Below are positions 16,160 to 25,378 of a stretch of 28,562 nt of DNA, in pieces (positions within the stretch are counted from its first letter, which is position 1; each line of letters starts with the position of its first letter). Source of the stretch: a virus. Taxonomy: Duplodnaviria; Caudoviricetes. The stretch spans positions 1-28,562 of the IMG/VR virus record IMGVR_UViG_3300021560_000060; one strand, written 5' to 3'. A program made the translations under genes and the position numbers. Below the pieces are notes generated by a model. It made no database searches and had not been told where the DNA came from. It was given only the letters and a program-made list of their open reading frames with translations.

Positions 16160-18265
16160 ATGAGCGGCACAGTGAAGCCACGGATCACCGTGAGCGGCAA
16201 TACGATCACACGTGTCAACACGGGTGATAACTTTCAAAACTTCTATGCCAACGTCGGATTTGGTACACTCAATCCGATGTCCGGCAGCACGTACGGCTTC
16301 AATCCGTTAAGCCGCAATCGTACGCTGTTGGAGTGGATGTACCGCGGCTCATGGCTGGTGCGCAAGGTCATTGACTGCCCGGCCGAGGATATGACCCGCG
16401 AAGGCGTCAACATCGAATCCGACATGGAGCCGGATGCGATCGACGCGCTGACGCAGTACTGGACCAACCTACAGATTTGGGAGCGCATATCCGATACGTT
16501 GAAGTGGTCGCGGCTGTACGGCGGCTGCCTCGCGGTCATCATGATCGACGGGCAACGCATGGAGGACCCGCTGCGCATCGGCACGGTGAGTACGAATCAG
16601 TTTCAAGGCTTGCTGGTGCTTGATCGCTGGCAGGTCTATCCGCATGTTGAATCGCTGGTGAAAACCTTTGGCGCCGACTTCGGCTTGCCGGAGTACTATG
16701 AGGTTGTCGCCGACGCGCGCTCGGTACCGCGCATGAAGATACATCACTCGCGCTGCATCCGGTTTGACGGCATACGTCTGCCGTACTGGCAGAAGATGGC
16801 GGAAAACGAGTGGGGCCTGTCGGTCATCGAACCGATGTGGGATCGGATGATCGCATTTGACAGTGCAACATCGGGTGCCGCGCAGCTTGTGTACAAAGCC
16901 CATCTGCGAGTACTGAAGTTGCAGCAATTCCGACAGATCATGGCGCAGTCCGGTGGTCCGGCATTTCAGGGCCTTGCGAATATGATCAAAACCATTCGTG
17001 CGATGCAGACCAATGAGGGACTGACCTGCATCGACGCCGACGATGATTTCGTGGTCAACCAGTACGCATTCAGCGGATTGAGCGATATGCTCATTCAGTT
17101 TGCGCAGCAAGTGTCGGGCGCGGCTGATGTACCGATGACGCGCATGTTTTCGCAATCGCCGGCCGGCATGAATGCGACCGGTGAAAGCGATCTGCGCAAT
17201 TACTATGACGGCATTAAGAGCGCACAGGAGACACGGCTGCGGCGCATCCTGAAAGTGCTGTTTGATCTGACGCATCGCTCGCTGTTCGGCAAGCCACTGC
17301 CGAACGGTTTCAACTTCACCTTCAAGCCGCTATGGCAGTTGACCGAGGAAAGCAAGGCACAGATCGCCACGCAGATCGCCACGGCGGTTGAAGGTCTATT
17401 CCAGACCGGTATCTTCACGCCGGCCATGGCGTTGAAGGAAATCCGTCAGTACAGCCGCATCACCGGCTTTGGTTCCAACATCACCGATGAAGACATTGAG
17501 CACGCCGAACAGGCGCCGCCACCGATGCCCGGCATGGAAGGCGGGGAGGGTGCCGGCGGCATGCCCGGTGGAGGATCACCACTGCCCGGATCAGCCGGGC
17601 CGGACGTGGCGCCGCCCACGGTGCCGCGCGAGCCGGTGCCCGATCAGCTACCCGCCGACGACACGCCGAAGCGGGCGCTGCGACTGCTGGCCGGCGGCAA
17701 GGGCGCCATCGGCCATGCGGTCGGCGGTGCCGAACAGGATGACGCGGCAATGGGGCGTGCGCGCTCGCTGATCCCGGGCGAAGATATCACGACGGCGCAT
17801 GTCAACCTGCACACCGGTACCGCCAACCTACCCGGTGGCGTACGCGTCAACTTCCTCGATCAGCAGCGCAGCATTATCGACGTGGGAGGCTTGCAATGCG
17901 TGGTCGAAACCGAAAAAGGCCAGAAGCGTACCGGCTATGGCTGGGCCGTCAACATGCCGTGCCATTATGGCTACATCCGCGGTACATCGTCCATGGAAGG
18001 TCCGCAAGAGCAATTCGACTGCTATATCGGCGATGATTTGGAATCCGACAACGTGTGGGTCATTGATCAGCTCGTCCGTGGTACAGACAAGGTGGATGAA
18101 CAGAAGGCCATGCTCGGCTTCTCGTCGCGCGATGAAGCCGTTGCTGCGTACAAAGCCAGCTTCAATGACTTCGGCGAAGATCGCATCGGCACGATACGCA
18201 AAATGTCGGTCGGTACATTGAAGCGGTACCTTGAAGGCTGGCAGTATGGCCGGAAGCAGGCGTGA
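16160..18265 (+). CDS. Portal protein (DUF1073 type) fused to C-terminal inorganic-pyrophosphatase-like domain
   Basis: MYRGSWLVRKVIDCPAEDMTRE, WSRLYGG, IHHSR, WGLSV, FSGL, ADVPMTRMFSQSPAGMNATGESDLRNYYD, FKPLW; Pro/Gly linker; from ~17882 VVETEKG..R...M..HYGYIRGT...D.YIG...IDQ...DEQKAMLGF. Confidence 0.9.
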   Translation: MSGTVKPRITVSGNTITRVNTGDNFQNFYANVGFGTLNPMSGSTYGFNPLSRNRTLLEWMYRGSWLVRKVIDCPAEDMTREGVNIESDMEPDAIDALTQYWTNLQIWERISDTLKWSRLYGGCLAVIMIDGQRMEDPLRIGTVSTNQFQGLLVLDRWQVYPHVESLVKTFGADFGLPEYYEVVADARSVPRMKIHHSRCIRFDGIRLPYWQKMAENEWGLSVIEPMWDRMIAFDSATSGAAQLVYKAHLRVLKLQQFRQIMAQSGGPAFQGLANMIKTIRAMQTNEGLTCIDADDDFVVNQYAFSGLSDMLIQFAQQVSGAADVPMTRMFSQSPAGMNATGESDLRNYYDGIKSAQETRLRRILKVLFDLTHRSLFGKPLPNGFNFTFKPLWQLTEESKAQIATQIATAVEGLFQTGIFTPAMALKEIRQYSRITGFGSNITDEDIEHAEQAPPPMPGMEGGEGAGGMPGGGSPLPGSAGPDVAPPTVPREPVPDQLPADDTPKRALRLLAGGKGAIGHAVGGAEQDDAAMGRARSLIPGEDITTAHVNLHTGTANLPGGVRVNFLDQQRSIIDVGGLQCVVETEKGQKRTGYGWAVNMPCHYGYIRGTSSMEGPQEQFDCYIGDDLESDNVWVIDQLVRGTDKVDEQKAMLGFSSRDEAVAAYKASFNDFGEDRIGTIRKMSVGTLKRYLEGWQYGRKQA

Positions 18266-18668
18266 GGCGTATAATCTATGCGCTGTACCTGTGTCAGACG
18301 ACGAAGATCAACTGCCGCAGAGTATTATCGCTCACGTTTGGGAGACAATGGGAATGGTTGTCGAGAATCCGACCGAGGCCACGCAAGCCCGGTTCAATGA
18401 CCTGATGACGTATATCCAGCATGTACATCCAAGAGTGTTCGATCTGATCAGTCGGATTAGCGTGTACGGTGTTAAGTCATCGGAATTTCAGGTTGCCCTA
18501 CTGGAAACCCATGTTGCCGCGCTCAACCTGATCCTAGCTGCGGCGAAACTCAGAATCGGTGCAATGCGACGTATTGAAGATTTGGAGGTTGGTCTGTCCA
18601 CCGTGGAAGGCCGGGTTGATCAGTTGGAGGTACAGGCGCACGAGATTGAGCGTCTGCGGCAGGCTTAA
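18246..18668 (+). CDS. Hypothetical protein, C-terminal coiled coil
   Basis: Fills gap after portal; start uncertain. Confidence 0.6.
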   Translation: MAGSRREAYNLCAVPVSDDEDQLPQSIIAHVWETMGMVVENPTEATQARFNDLMTYIQHVHPRVFDLISRISVYGVKSSEFQVALLETHVAALNLILAAAKLRIGAMRRIEDLEVGLSTVEGRVDQLEVQAHEIERLRQA

Positions 18669-18690
18669 ACAATAAAACCGGAGAGAAGTC

Positions 18691-19035
18691 ATGATATCGC
18701 CGCTGCTGACTGAGCTACTGTTGATCATGGATAACATCCAGAACGTCAACCCGGTGATCGAAGACGCTGACGTATGGTGCCGTGAGCATGTGCCACCGTT
18801 CAAGTACTGGGCTGTGCAAATCGAGTTTGGTCAGTTTGAAGCCAAGTCTGACATTCAGGCCAAGCTCAACACAATGTTTGGCCGGTTGCGTGCAGCGCGC
18901 GAGACCGGCTTGGACGGCGCCGCAGTCGGATCAGCCACTTACCGTACTGCGCCGTACGAAGATGCTGACGGTCGCGTGCACGTAGTGTTCTATGCCAACC
19001 TGTTGGGCGGCGCGCAGGCGCTAAGGATGCAGTGA
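18691..19035 (+). CDS. Hypothetical protein
   Basis: GGAGAG RBS. Confidence 0.7.
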   Translation: MISPLLTELLLIMDNIQNVNPVIEDADVWCREHVPPFKYWAVQIEFGQFEAKSDIQAKLNTMFGRLRAARETGLDGAAVGSATYRTAPYEDADGRVHVVFYANLLGGAQALRMQ

Positions 19036-19271
19036 TGCCAGAAGTCATTGAAGAATTGCGCGATGATCCGTACCAACTGTTGGAGGACTTGCGCAACATG
19101 GGCTGGTTTGTCGGCGTGCACAATGACTATAAGCTCAACGGTGTACGCTACACGTTCTGGATGCTGACGCGTCCCTCTGACAACACATTCATCAAAGGTG
19201 AGGGTACAACCGATTACGAAGCCTTGCAGCAATGCTTGGTTGAGCATCGCAAGCTTGGGGGTTTCTGGTAA
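19035..19271 (+). CDS. Hypothetical phage protein
   Basis: TGATG coupling; GWFVGVHNDY...TFWMLT...KGEG.TD.EAL. Confidence 0.7.
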   Translation: MPEVIEELRDDPYQLLEDLRNMGWFVGVHNDYKLNGVRYTFWMLTRPSDNTFIKGEGTTDYEALQQCLVEHRKLGGFW

Positions 19272-19489
19272 TGGCACATCCGCGTGATCCCGGCTATCTG
19301 GTGATCATCAAATGGAAGGATACCGACGGCAACGCCTGCGACTGGCGCTATTTCATGAGGAAGGAAGACGTGATCGACGATGACGATGCCATGCTACAGG
19401 CTCGCGCGCGCTTCGACGCGGAGTCGGCGAACGTCTGTCGTGAAGTCAACGATACGCAATGCGTTGAAACGGGAATATTTGAGGGATGA
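19271..19489 (+). CDS. Small acidic hypothetical protein
   Basis: TAATG coupling. Confidence 0.65.
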   Translation: MAHPRDPGYLVIIKWKDTDGNACDWRYFMRKEDVIDDDDAMLQARARFDAESANVCREVNDTQCVETGIFEG

Positions 19490-19683
19490 TCTTTGCGGTC
19501 TGGTTGATGGCTGCGATCAACCTTGCACCGGCTTACTATCCGCCGTGTACGCCAGTGCGCACCGATAGCTGTACCGAGGCGCCGCCGCAGACACAGTGGC
19601 CGACATTGTACATTCCCTGTCCGCCTGACACGTACTGCCCGCCGCACGATATCCCGCATAGCGGCAAGCAGCAGCGTCAGTGA
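19486..19683 (+). CDS. Pro/Cys-rich protein with hydrophobic N-terminus
   Basis: ATGA overlap; MIFAVWLMAAINLAPAYYPPC... Confidence 0.55.
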   Translation: MIFAVWLMAAINLAPAYYPPCTPVRTDSCTEAPPQTQWPTLYIPCPPDTYCPPHDIPHSGKQQRQ

Positions 19684-19919
19684 AACCAGTTCAGCTAGGC
19701 GTTTACAACAGGACGCTAAGAAAGCACGGAGTCAAATTCTGCCGTGGCTGCGGTGAGATAAAGCCGCTGAGCGACTTCGGCAACGTCATAAAGACGAATA
19801 GCAAAGGCGGCAAGTACTTCACGCGGTATTACCGGTGCCGGACCTGCGTCACCGCGATCAGCCCGTTGATGGTTGTACAACGTAGGAAACGCCTTGCTCG
19901 CAGCAGGGAAAATGTTTGA
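19680..19919 (+). CDS. Basic Zn-finger protein
   Basis: KFCRGCGEIKPLSDF...CRTC, like the N-terminal Zn finger of EndoVII/HNH phage nucleases but with no nuclease domain. Confidence 0.7.
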   Translation: MKPVQLGVYNRTLRKHGVKFCRGCGEIKPLSDFGNVIKTNSKGGKYFTRYYRCRTCVTAISPLMVVQRRKRLARSRENV

Positions 19920-19992
19920 AGCGATCACCAGCATCGTGGCGCTTGCCTTGCTGCTGATCGCTGGCTGTTTAGCCGTCTGGTGGCATCTCTAA
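19912..19992 (+). CDS. Single-TM peptide (26 aa)
   Basis: MFEAITSIVALALLLIAGCLAVWWHL; AGGGA upstream. Confidence 0.45.
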   Translation: MFEAITSIVALALLLIAGCLAVWWHL

Positions 19993-20059
19993 AAATTCAC
20001 GCATTGCACGAGCGTCATCGTGCATCATCGCATGGTTGGTAAACAAAGGAGTCAGGGCC

Positions 20060-20587
20060 ATGGCTCTTGAACTTCGCCATCAACGCCTGCCCGACAATAC
20101 CATACAGATCATGTTTGGCGGCAGCATTGATCTGAACCTTGGTTTACGTTGGCCGCCACCGCGACGCGAAATCGTGCCGTTGCTGACGGCACGATACCAA
20201 GGCTTCACTGTAACCGCGAGAGGACATCACATGGCGTACACGCTTCCCGATGACCATATGGTTGATGTGCAGGTGGTTTGGGCCGATGCACATGGTCATC
20301 CTGCACAGGTACAGGGCGATACCACATGGGCATCGTCCGACGAGAGTATTGTCACGGTCGCTGCGGATAGCGGCGATTCAACCATGTGTGCGATCAGCCC
20401 GTCCGCGTCGGCCAATCTCGGTACTGCACAGGTCACCGCGACCGCTGATGCCGATCTGGGCGACGGCGTAACCGCAGTGGTGGCGACGTTTGATGTCACC
20501 ACGGTTGCCGGTACTGCGGTGGCCGGCACAATCTCGCCGACCGGTGATGCGCAGCCGATTGCGCCGACACCGACGCCGACTGCCTGA
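20060..20587 (+). CDS. Ig-like (Big_2-type) domain protein
   Basis: TWASSDESIVTV...GTAQVTATA; AAGGAG before ATG 20060, second in-frame ATG 20231 with GAGAGGA. Confidence 0.75.
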   Translation: MALELRHQRLPDNTIQIMFGGSIDLNLGLRWPPPRREIVPLLTARYQGFTVTARGHHMAYTLPDDHMVDVQVVWADAHGHPAQVQGDTTWASSDESIVTVAADSGDSTMCAISPSASANLGTAQVTATADADLGDGVTAVVATFDVTTVAGTAVAGTISPTGDAQPIAPTPTPTA

Positions 20588-20614
20588 TCAAAACTTTTAG
20601 CAGGGGCGCAGCAA

Positions 20615-20782
20615 ATGCGAGCCGTACTGCTGTTTGCTGCGCTACTGCTGACTAGCTGTACACGGATGAAAGAACACGCCGTCTGTTATGTGTTCGGTTG
20701 GAATGCCGTCATTTATTGCTGGCCGGATGGTGCAGCACTAAAGCCGCCATTGCCGCCGACCTATGATGAACGGTATCCGTAA
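20615..20782 (+). CDS. Small lipoprotein (55 aa)
   Basis: MRAVLLFAALLLTS|C lipobox, Pro-rich tail; AGGGG upstream; below track cut-off. Confidence 0.6.
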   Translation: MRAVLLFAALLLTSCTRMKEHAVCYVFGWNAVIYCWPDGAALKPPLPPTYDERYP

Positions 20783-20792
20783 GGCATGCAAC

Positions 20793-23700
20793 ATGGTTTG
20801 GGTTGTCACCGTGAATGGCACGAGTCTGGTGCGTCCTCCCCGTCATCAGACTTTCACACGCGACCTTGCCGGGATAGCGTGTCAGTGTGATGCTTGTACC
20901 AACGATGCCCGTTGGGAAGAAAGCAAGCATCCACGGGGGCAGCCCGATAACCCTGGTCAGTTTGCTTCCGCTCCAAGTGGCGGGGCCGGTAAGCAAGCTG
21001 ATCAGGGTGACTTACCCAAGCCGCATGCAAGCTCGCCGTACCAAAAGGAATTGCATGCGATCGCCACCGGCTCGGGCAGCGCCGCAGAAAAGGTACAGCG
21101 GATCAGGAACCATCCGCAGGTCAAGGGCATGCCGTCCGGCTTCACGGCAAAATACGCCAAGGAATTGATCGGCGCATTGGGCGGTGGCGAAACCAAGCTG
21201 CCACCGAAGGAAGCCGCACCACCGCAGGAAACCAAAGCGGAAACGCCGAAGGAAGCGCCGCCTAAAGTCAAGCTGCCACCGCCATCGGGCAAGCAATCAC
21301 AGCTTGTCACCGAATACTCCAAGCTTGATCCGTCACCGGAGAGTTTGAACGGTGTTGCATTCAAGAAGTGGGATGCACCGTCATCGGAAGACAAGGATGC
21401 ATGGAACGCGCTGGCCGATGAAGACAAGGTGGATGAACCCGAGTTGCCGAAGAATGTACGCGGTGCCGGTGTGATCATCCGTGAGCCGGACGGGCGTTTC
21501 TGGCTGACCAAGCCAACCAATATGTACGGCGGCTATCTGCACACTCTGCCGAAAGGCACGATCGAAAAGGATATGTCGGCACAGGCCACGGCGATCAAAG
21601 AGGCATTTGAAGAAACCGGCCTACACGTGAAGCTGGTCGCCTACGCCGGAGACTTCAAGCGGACCACGGGCAGCGCGCGCTATTACTATGCCGAGCGCGT
21701 CGGCGGTGATCCGGCTGAGCACGGTTGGGAAAGCGAAGCCACCGTACTGGCGCCGCCGGATGAATTGTTTGAGCATTTGAATATGCCGGTGGACAAGAAG
21801 ATCGCCGCTGAGCATATGGATGCGACGCCGACCAAGCCATTGCAACTGTCCGACATGACGAAGATCGGCAAGCAGCTTGGCAGCAATCCCGGTGGCAAGT
21901 ACAAAGACAACAAAACCGGCAAGCAGTACTACGTCAAGCTGTCGAAGTCGCCTGATCACGCGAAGAATGAACTGCTGGCGTCCAAGCTGTACGAAATCGC
22001 GGGTGCGCCGATCCTGCATGCCCGCCAAGTCGATATGGGCAACGGCAAGATCGGCACCGCGACCGAGTGGAAGGATGTCCGGCTGATCGACGCCGACGAT
22101 CCCGAGGAACGCCGCTTTGCACAGAAGAATTTCGCCACGCATGCATGGCTGGCGAACTGGGATGCCGCCGGACTCGAGTACGACAATCAGGGCATCGTCG
22201 GCGGCAAGATGACGACGCTTGATCCTGGCGGCTCGCTGATCTTTCGTGCACAGGGCGCACCGAAGGGCGAAGCGTTCGGCAACAAGGTGACCGAATGGGA
22301 AAGCCTGCGCAGTCCTAACAATGCGCAGGCGCACACCGTGTACGGTGAAATGTCAAAGAAGCGGTTGCAGGACAGTGCATCGCGCGTAGTCAACATTCCA
22401 TCCCATGTTATCCGTGAGATGGTGATGGAGCATGGACCGGGCGATGAAGCGGCGCGCAAGGCGCTTGCCGAGAAGCTGATCAAACGCCGCGACGATATCC
22501 ACGACAAGGCATTCCCGCCGTCAAAGGAGTCGAAGGGCGGCGGTGAAACCTCATGGCTTGGCAGCAAGTTTTGGGCACCGTCGCACGATGCAGTACCGGA
22601 GAACGACGAAAACTTGCAGCGCATTGCCGAAGCGTTGGAGGAAGCCAATCAGCTATGGGAAAGCCGGATGTACTTCGGCACCGAACCGCTGAGCAATTCG
22701 CTGCTTGAAGCCCATGCGCATGATGCGCTCGGCCTCGATGATTTTGTTGAATCCAAGCATCCGCGTGATCGCGGTGGCCGCTTTGCCCGCGTGGCCGGTG
22801 CGGTTGGCGGCAAGCTGAGCGGTGCTGTACGTGGCTTCACGCATCACGACACACATATCCTGCGCAACAGCCTGCACCGCGCCAATTCGCAGCCACGCCG
22901 GCACCTTGGATATCAGGTGGCGGCGATCGGCAAATCACTGCCGAAGCTCATGGCGTCGCATCTGCGCGAGGAAAAAGAGCACGCTGTACATGCGGCCGGC
23001 GCATTGCGCGCTATGGTCAACCGGGTACCGATGACGCCGGAGCAGAAGAAGGGCTTGCAGTCCTTCGGTGTGCGCTTGCTCATGACCGCCGGATCAATGG
23101 CGGCCTTCGGCGAGCCGACCGGCACCGTCGCACACCTTGCGGAGTCCATCGCGCACGAGATCACCCAGCACGTGATCGGCGAGCATGCCATCCAATTGGG
23201 TGCTGCGGCGGCGCGTGTCGGCGGGGGCAGTATCTTGAACAGGATCACACGACGCGGCCAGACCGACGCGATGCCCGAGCTTGGCGATCTGTCCGAAGCC
23301 GACTACGCGCTGCTGCAAGAGTTCATCGCGCATCTGGCCAAGGCGGCGCAAGAGCGTGACATCAGCGATCAGGATTACAAGCGCATGGCGTCCGACGCGT
23401 TGCACATCGTCGGCGATGCGTGGGAGGAAAGCGAGCATCCACGTGGTCAGCCAACCAACAAAGGCCAGTTCGCCGCGCACAACGCGGAAGCCGGCGGCAA
23501 GTCATTTCTCTCTGGTCTGTTCTCCAAATTCAAATCGGCCGGTGGTTCGCTGGCCAATGTGGTGAGCGGTGGTACACCGGAATTCTATCAGCCCGATCAA
23601 ATCCAGTCGGCCTATGCAGGCTTTAAGACGCGGTACGGCTCGGAGTTGTACGGTGACGTAGTACCGAAGCTGGATGAAGGCGGCAAGTCGTCGGATCAGA

Positions 23701-24257
23701 TCAATGAAGCGTTGCGTTCACTGACACCGCGCGAGAAGGCTTTGATGGGCAAGGTGTTGGTACGCAATCAGCCGCAGATGGGGCCGCAGGTTGCGCAGGC
23801 CAGCGGCATAAGCGGTAGTGGTACATCCATACCGGTCGGCCTTACCCTGACGCACACGACATTGCCACAGCAGGTTTTTGTCTATGATGGCGGTGTGGTT
23901 GGCGGCGTCAAAGCGCCGAACCGTGATCCGGCTGGTACAACCTTGCATGAGCTTGCACATGCGATGGACGGCAAGCAGGAGCGTTTTTCCAGTGATCCTG
24001 AATTTCGTGCAGGCGTGGCATTCGGTCGGCGTGTGCTGGAGAAGCACTTTCCGCCAATCGCCTATGCGTTGAAGTACTATATTGGAGATGACAGCGAAGC
24101 CTTCGCTGAGTTGTATTCGTACAGCAAGCGAAGGGACGATCCAAACTGCCGCGCCTTCGATGGCTTCTGCGCTGATCCAAACGGTCGCAACTGCATTGAT
24201 CAGTGCTTCGCACAGGCGCTCGGCGCCATTCGCAAAATTGTGGGTACACAGCCATGA
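20793..24257 (+). CDS. Multidomain enzyme: helical repeat + NUDIX hydrolase + PI3/4-kinase/HipA-like domain + helical domain + HExxH metallopeptidase
   Basis: Nudix box PKGTIEKDMSAQATAIKEAFEETGL; kinase-like LGSNPGG, YYVK, NELLASKLY, WLANWD, DN, LDPGGSL; zincin TLHELAHAMD...FSSDPEF...SEAFAELY; three HPR tags. Start 20763-20829 uncertain. Confidence 0.85.
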   Translation: MVWVVTVNGTSLVRPPRHQTFTRDLAGIACQCDACTNDARWEESKHPRGQPDNPGQFASAPSGGAGKQADQGDLPKPHASSPYQKELHAIATGSGSAAEKVQRIRNHPQVKGMPSGFTAKYAKELIGALGGGETKLPPKEAAPPQETKAETPKEAPPKVKLPPPSGKQSQLVTEYSKLDPSPESLNGVAFKKWDAPSSEDKDAWNALADEDKVDEPELPKNVRGAGVIIREPDGRFWLTKPTNMYGGYLHTLPKGTIEKDMSAQATAIKEAFEETGLHVKLVAYAGDFKRTTGSARYYYAERVGGDPAEHGWESEATVLAPPDELFEHLNMPVDKKIAAEHMDATPTKPLQLSDMTKIGKQLGSNPGGKYKDNKTGKQYYVKLSKSPDHAKNELLASKLYEIAGAPILHARQVDMGNGKIGTATEWKDVRLIDADDPEERRFAQKNFATHAWLANWDAAGLEYDNQGIVGGKMTTLDPGGSLIFRAQGAPKGEAFGNKVTEWESLRSPNNAQAHTVYGEMSKKRLQDSASRVVNIPSHVIREMVMEHGPGDEAARKALAEKLIKRRDDIHDKAFPPSKESKGGGETSWLGSKFWAPSHDAVPENDENLQRIAEALEEANQLWESRMYFGTEPLSNSLLEAHAHDALGLDDFVESKHPRDRGGRFARVAGAVGGKLSGAVRGFTHHDTHILRNSLHRANSQPRRHLGYQVAAIGKSLPKLMASHLREEKEHAVHAAGALRAMVNRVPMTPEQKKGLQSFGVRLLMTAGSMAAFGEPTGTVAHLAESIAHEITQHVIGEHAIQLGAAAARVGGGSILNRITRRGQTDAMPELGDLSEADYALLQEFIAHLAKAAQERDISDQDYKRMASDALHIVGDAWEESEHPRGQPTNKGQFAAHNAEAGGKSFLSGLFSKFKSAGGSLANVVSGGTPEFYQPDQIQSAYAGFKTRYGSELYGDVVPKLDEGGKSSDQINEALRSLTPREKALMGKVLVRNQPQMGPQVAQASGISGSGTSIPVGLTLTHTTLPQQVFVYDGGVVGGVKAPNRDPAGTTLHELAHAMDGKQERFSSDPEFRAGVAFGRRVLEKHFPPIAYALKYYIGDDSEAFAELYSYSKRRDDPNCRAFDGFCADPNGRNCIDQCFAQALGAIRKIVGTQP

Positions 24258-25375
24258 TGAATCGGTTGGTTGTCATGCCGAGCGGTGAGATATCGGTGCA
24301 GCAGATCACCGAAGGCGGCAGAGTGTACGGACTTGGGCCGGTGCCGGAGTTTCAGCACATGCAGCCCGGTCTGTACGACGAAGATATGCAGTTGATCACG
24401 CATGAGGACGTGCCGCCGGAGTTGATGAAGCACACGTACGACGCCTTTGTTGAAGGTGAGCATCCACGCGGCCAGCCGGAGAATAAGGGGCAGTTTACCT
24501 CGAAATCCGGTGGGCACGTCGCAGCCACGGCGGGGCGGGGCAAAACGTCGGCGACGGCGCATATGCAACCGGCGCATCATGATCGCACACAGTGGCCGAC
24601 GCATATTCAGAAGCTCCGTGTACCGCCGGCATGGCAGAATGTGCAGTACAGCCACAATGCCGAGGCACCGCTACAGGTTGTTGGTTACGACACAAAGGGC
24701 CGCAAGCAGTACATATACCATCAGAATTTTGCAACGCAGCAAGCACAGGTGAAGTACGCCCGTATTCGCGAGCTAGAGGATAAGTTTGATTCCATCCTTG
24801 CGCAGAACCGGGAAAACCAGCAGAGTAGCGATCCGCGGGTGCGCGAGCATGCCGATGCGGCAGCTTTGATTATGGCCATGGGCGTGCGGCCCGGCTCGGA
24901 AGCCGATACCCAAGCGGAAACCAAAGCCTACGGTGCGACAACCCTGCTAGGGCGCCATGTGGTGCCGCTGGTCAAAGGGACGCGGCTGCGCTTCACCGGC
25001 AAGAAGGGTGTGCCGTTGGACCTGCCGGTGGATGACCCGGAGATCAGCAAGATGCTGATCAGCCGTGCGAGCAAGTCTGGCCGGACGGGGCAGCTATTCC
25101 CGAGCGTGTCATCGCACTCCATGCTGGATTACATCCACTCATTCGACGGCGGCGGCTTCAAGAGCAAGGACATGCGTACACACCTTGCGGCGAAAACCGC
25201 GCAATCCATGATGCGCGATATGACGGCGCCAACATCGGCGACACAGTACAAAAAGTCTGTACGCGAAGTGGCGAAGGCGGTATCGGAAAAGCTCGGCAAC
25301 ACGCCGGCCATTGCGCTGCAATCGTACATTCCGCCATCCACCTTCGCCGAATGGCGTTCAACGTCGGGAGTGTGA
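24254..25375 (+). CDS. DNA topoisomerase IB (bacterial/poxvirus-like) with N-terminal HPR tag
   Basis: ATGA overlap; VPPAW, GYDTKGRKQYIYH, catalytic set GVRPG (R), FTGKKG (K), KDMRT (R), LGNTP (N), SYI (Y). Confidence 0.93.
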   Translation: MMNRLVVMPSGEISVQQITEGGRVYGLGPVPEFQHMQPGLYDEDMQLITHEDVPPELMKHTYDAFVEGEHPRGQPENKGQFTSKSGGHVAATAGRGKTSATAHMQPAHHDRTQWPTHIQKLRVPPAWQNVQYSHNAEAPLQVVGYDTKGRKQYIYHQNFATQQAQVKYARIRELEDKFDSILAQNRENQQSSDPRVREHADAAALIMAMGVRPGSEADTQAETKAYGATTLLGRHVVPLVKGTRLRFTGKKGVPLDLPVDDPEISKMLISRASKSGRTGQLFPSVSSHSMLDYIHSFDGGGFKSKDMRTHLAAKTAQSMMRDMTAPTSATQYKKSVREVAKAVSEKLGNTPAIALQSYIPPSTFAEWRSTSGV

Positions 25376-25378
25376 TCA

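Noticed and set aside
16160-17500. Calling the DUF1073 protein an anti-CBASS Acb1 nuclease
   Set aside because: No paired HxT 2H-phosphoesterase motifs seen; motifs and position fit a portal.
23154-23171. HEITQH as a second metallopeptidase site
   Set aside because: Spacing is HExxxH, with no supporting zincin context.
24254-25375. Tyrosine integrase
   Set aside because: PPAW and GRKQYIY N-terminal motifs, and KDMRT rather than HxLRH, identify TopIB.
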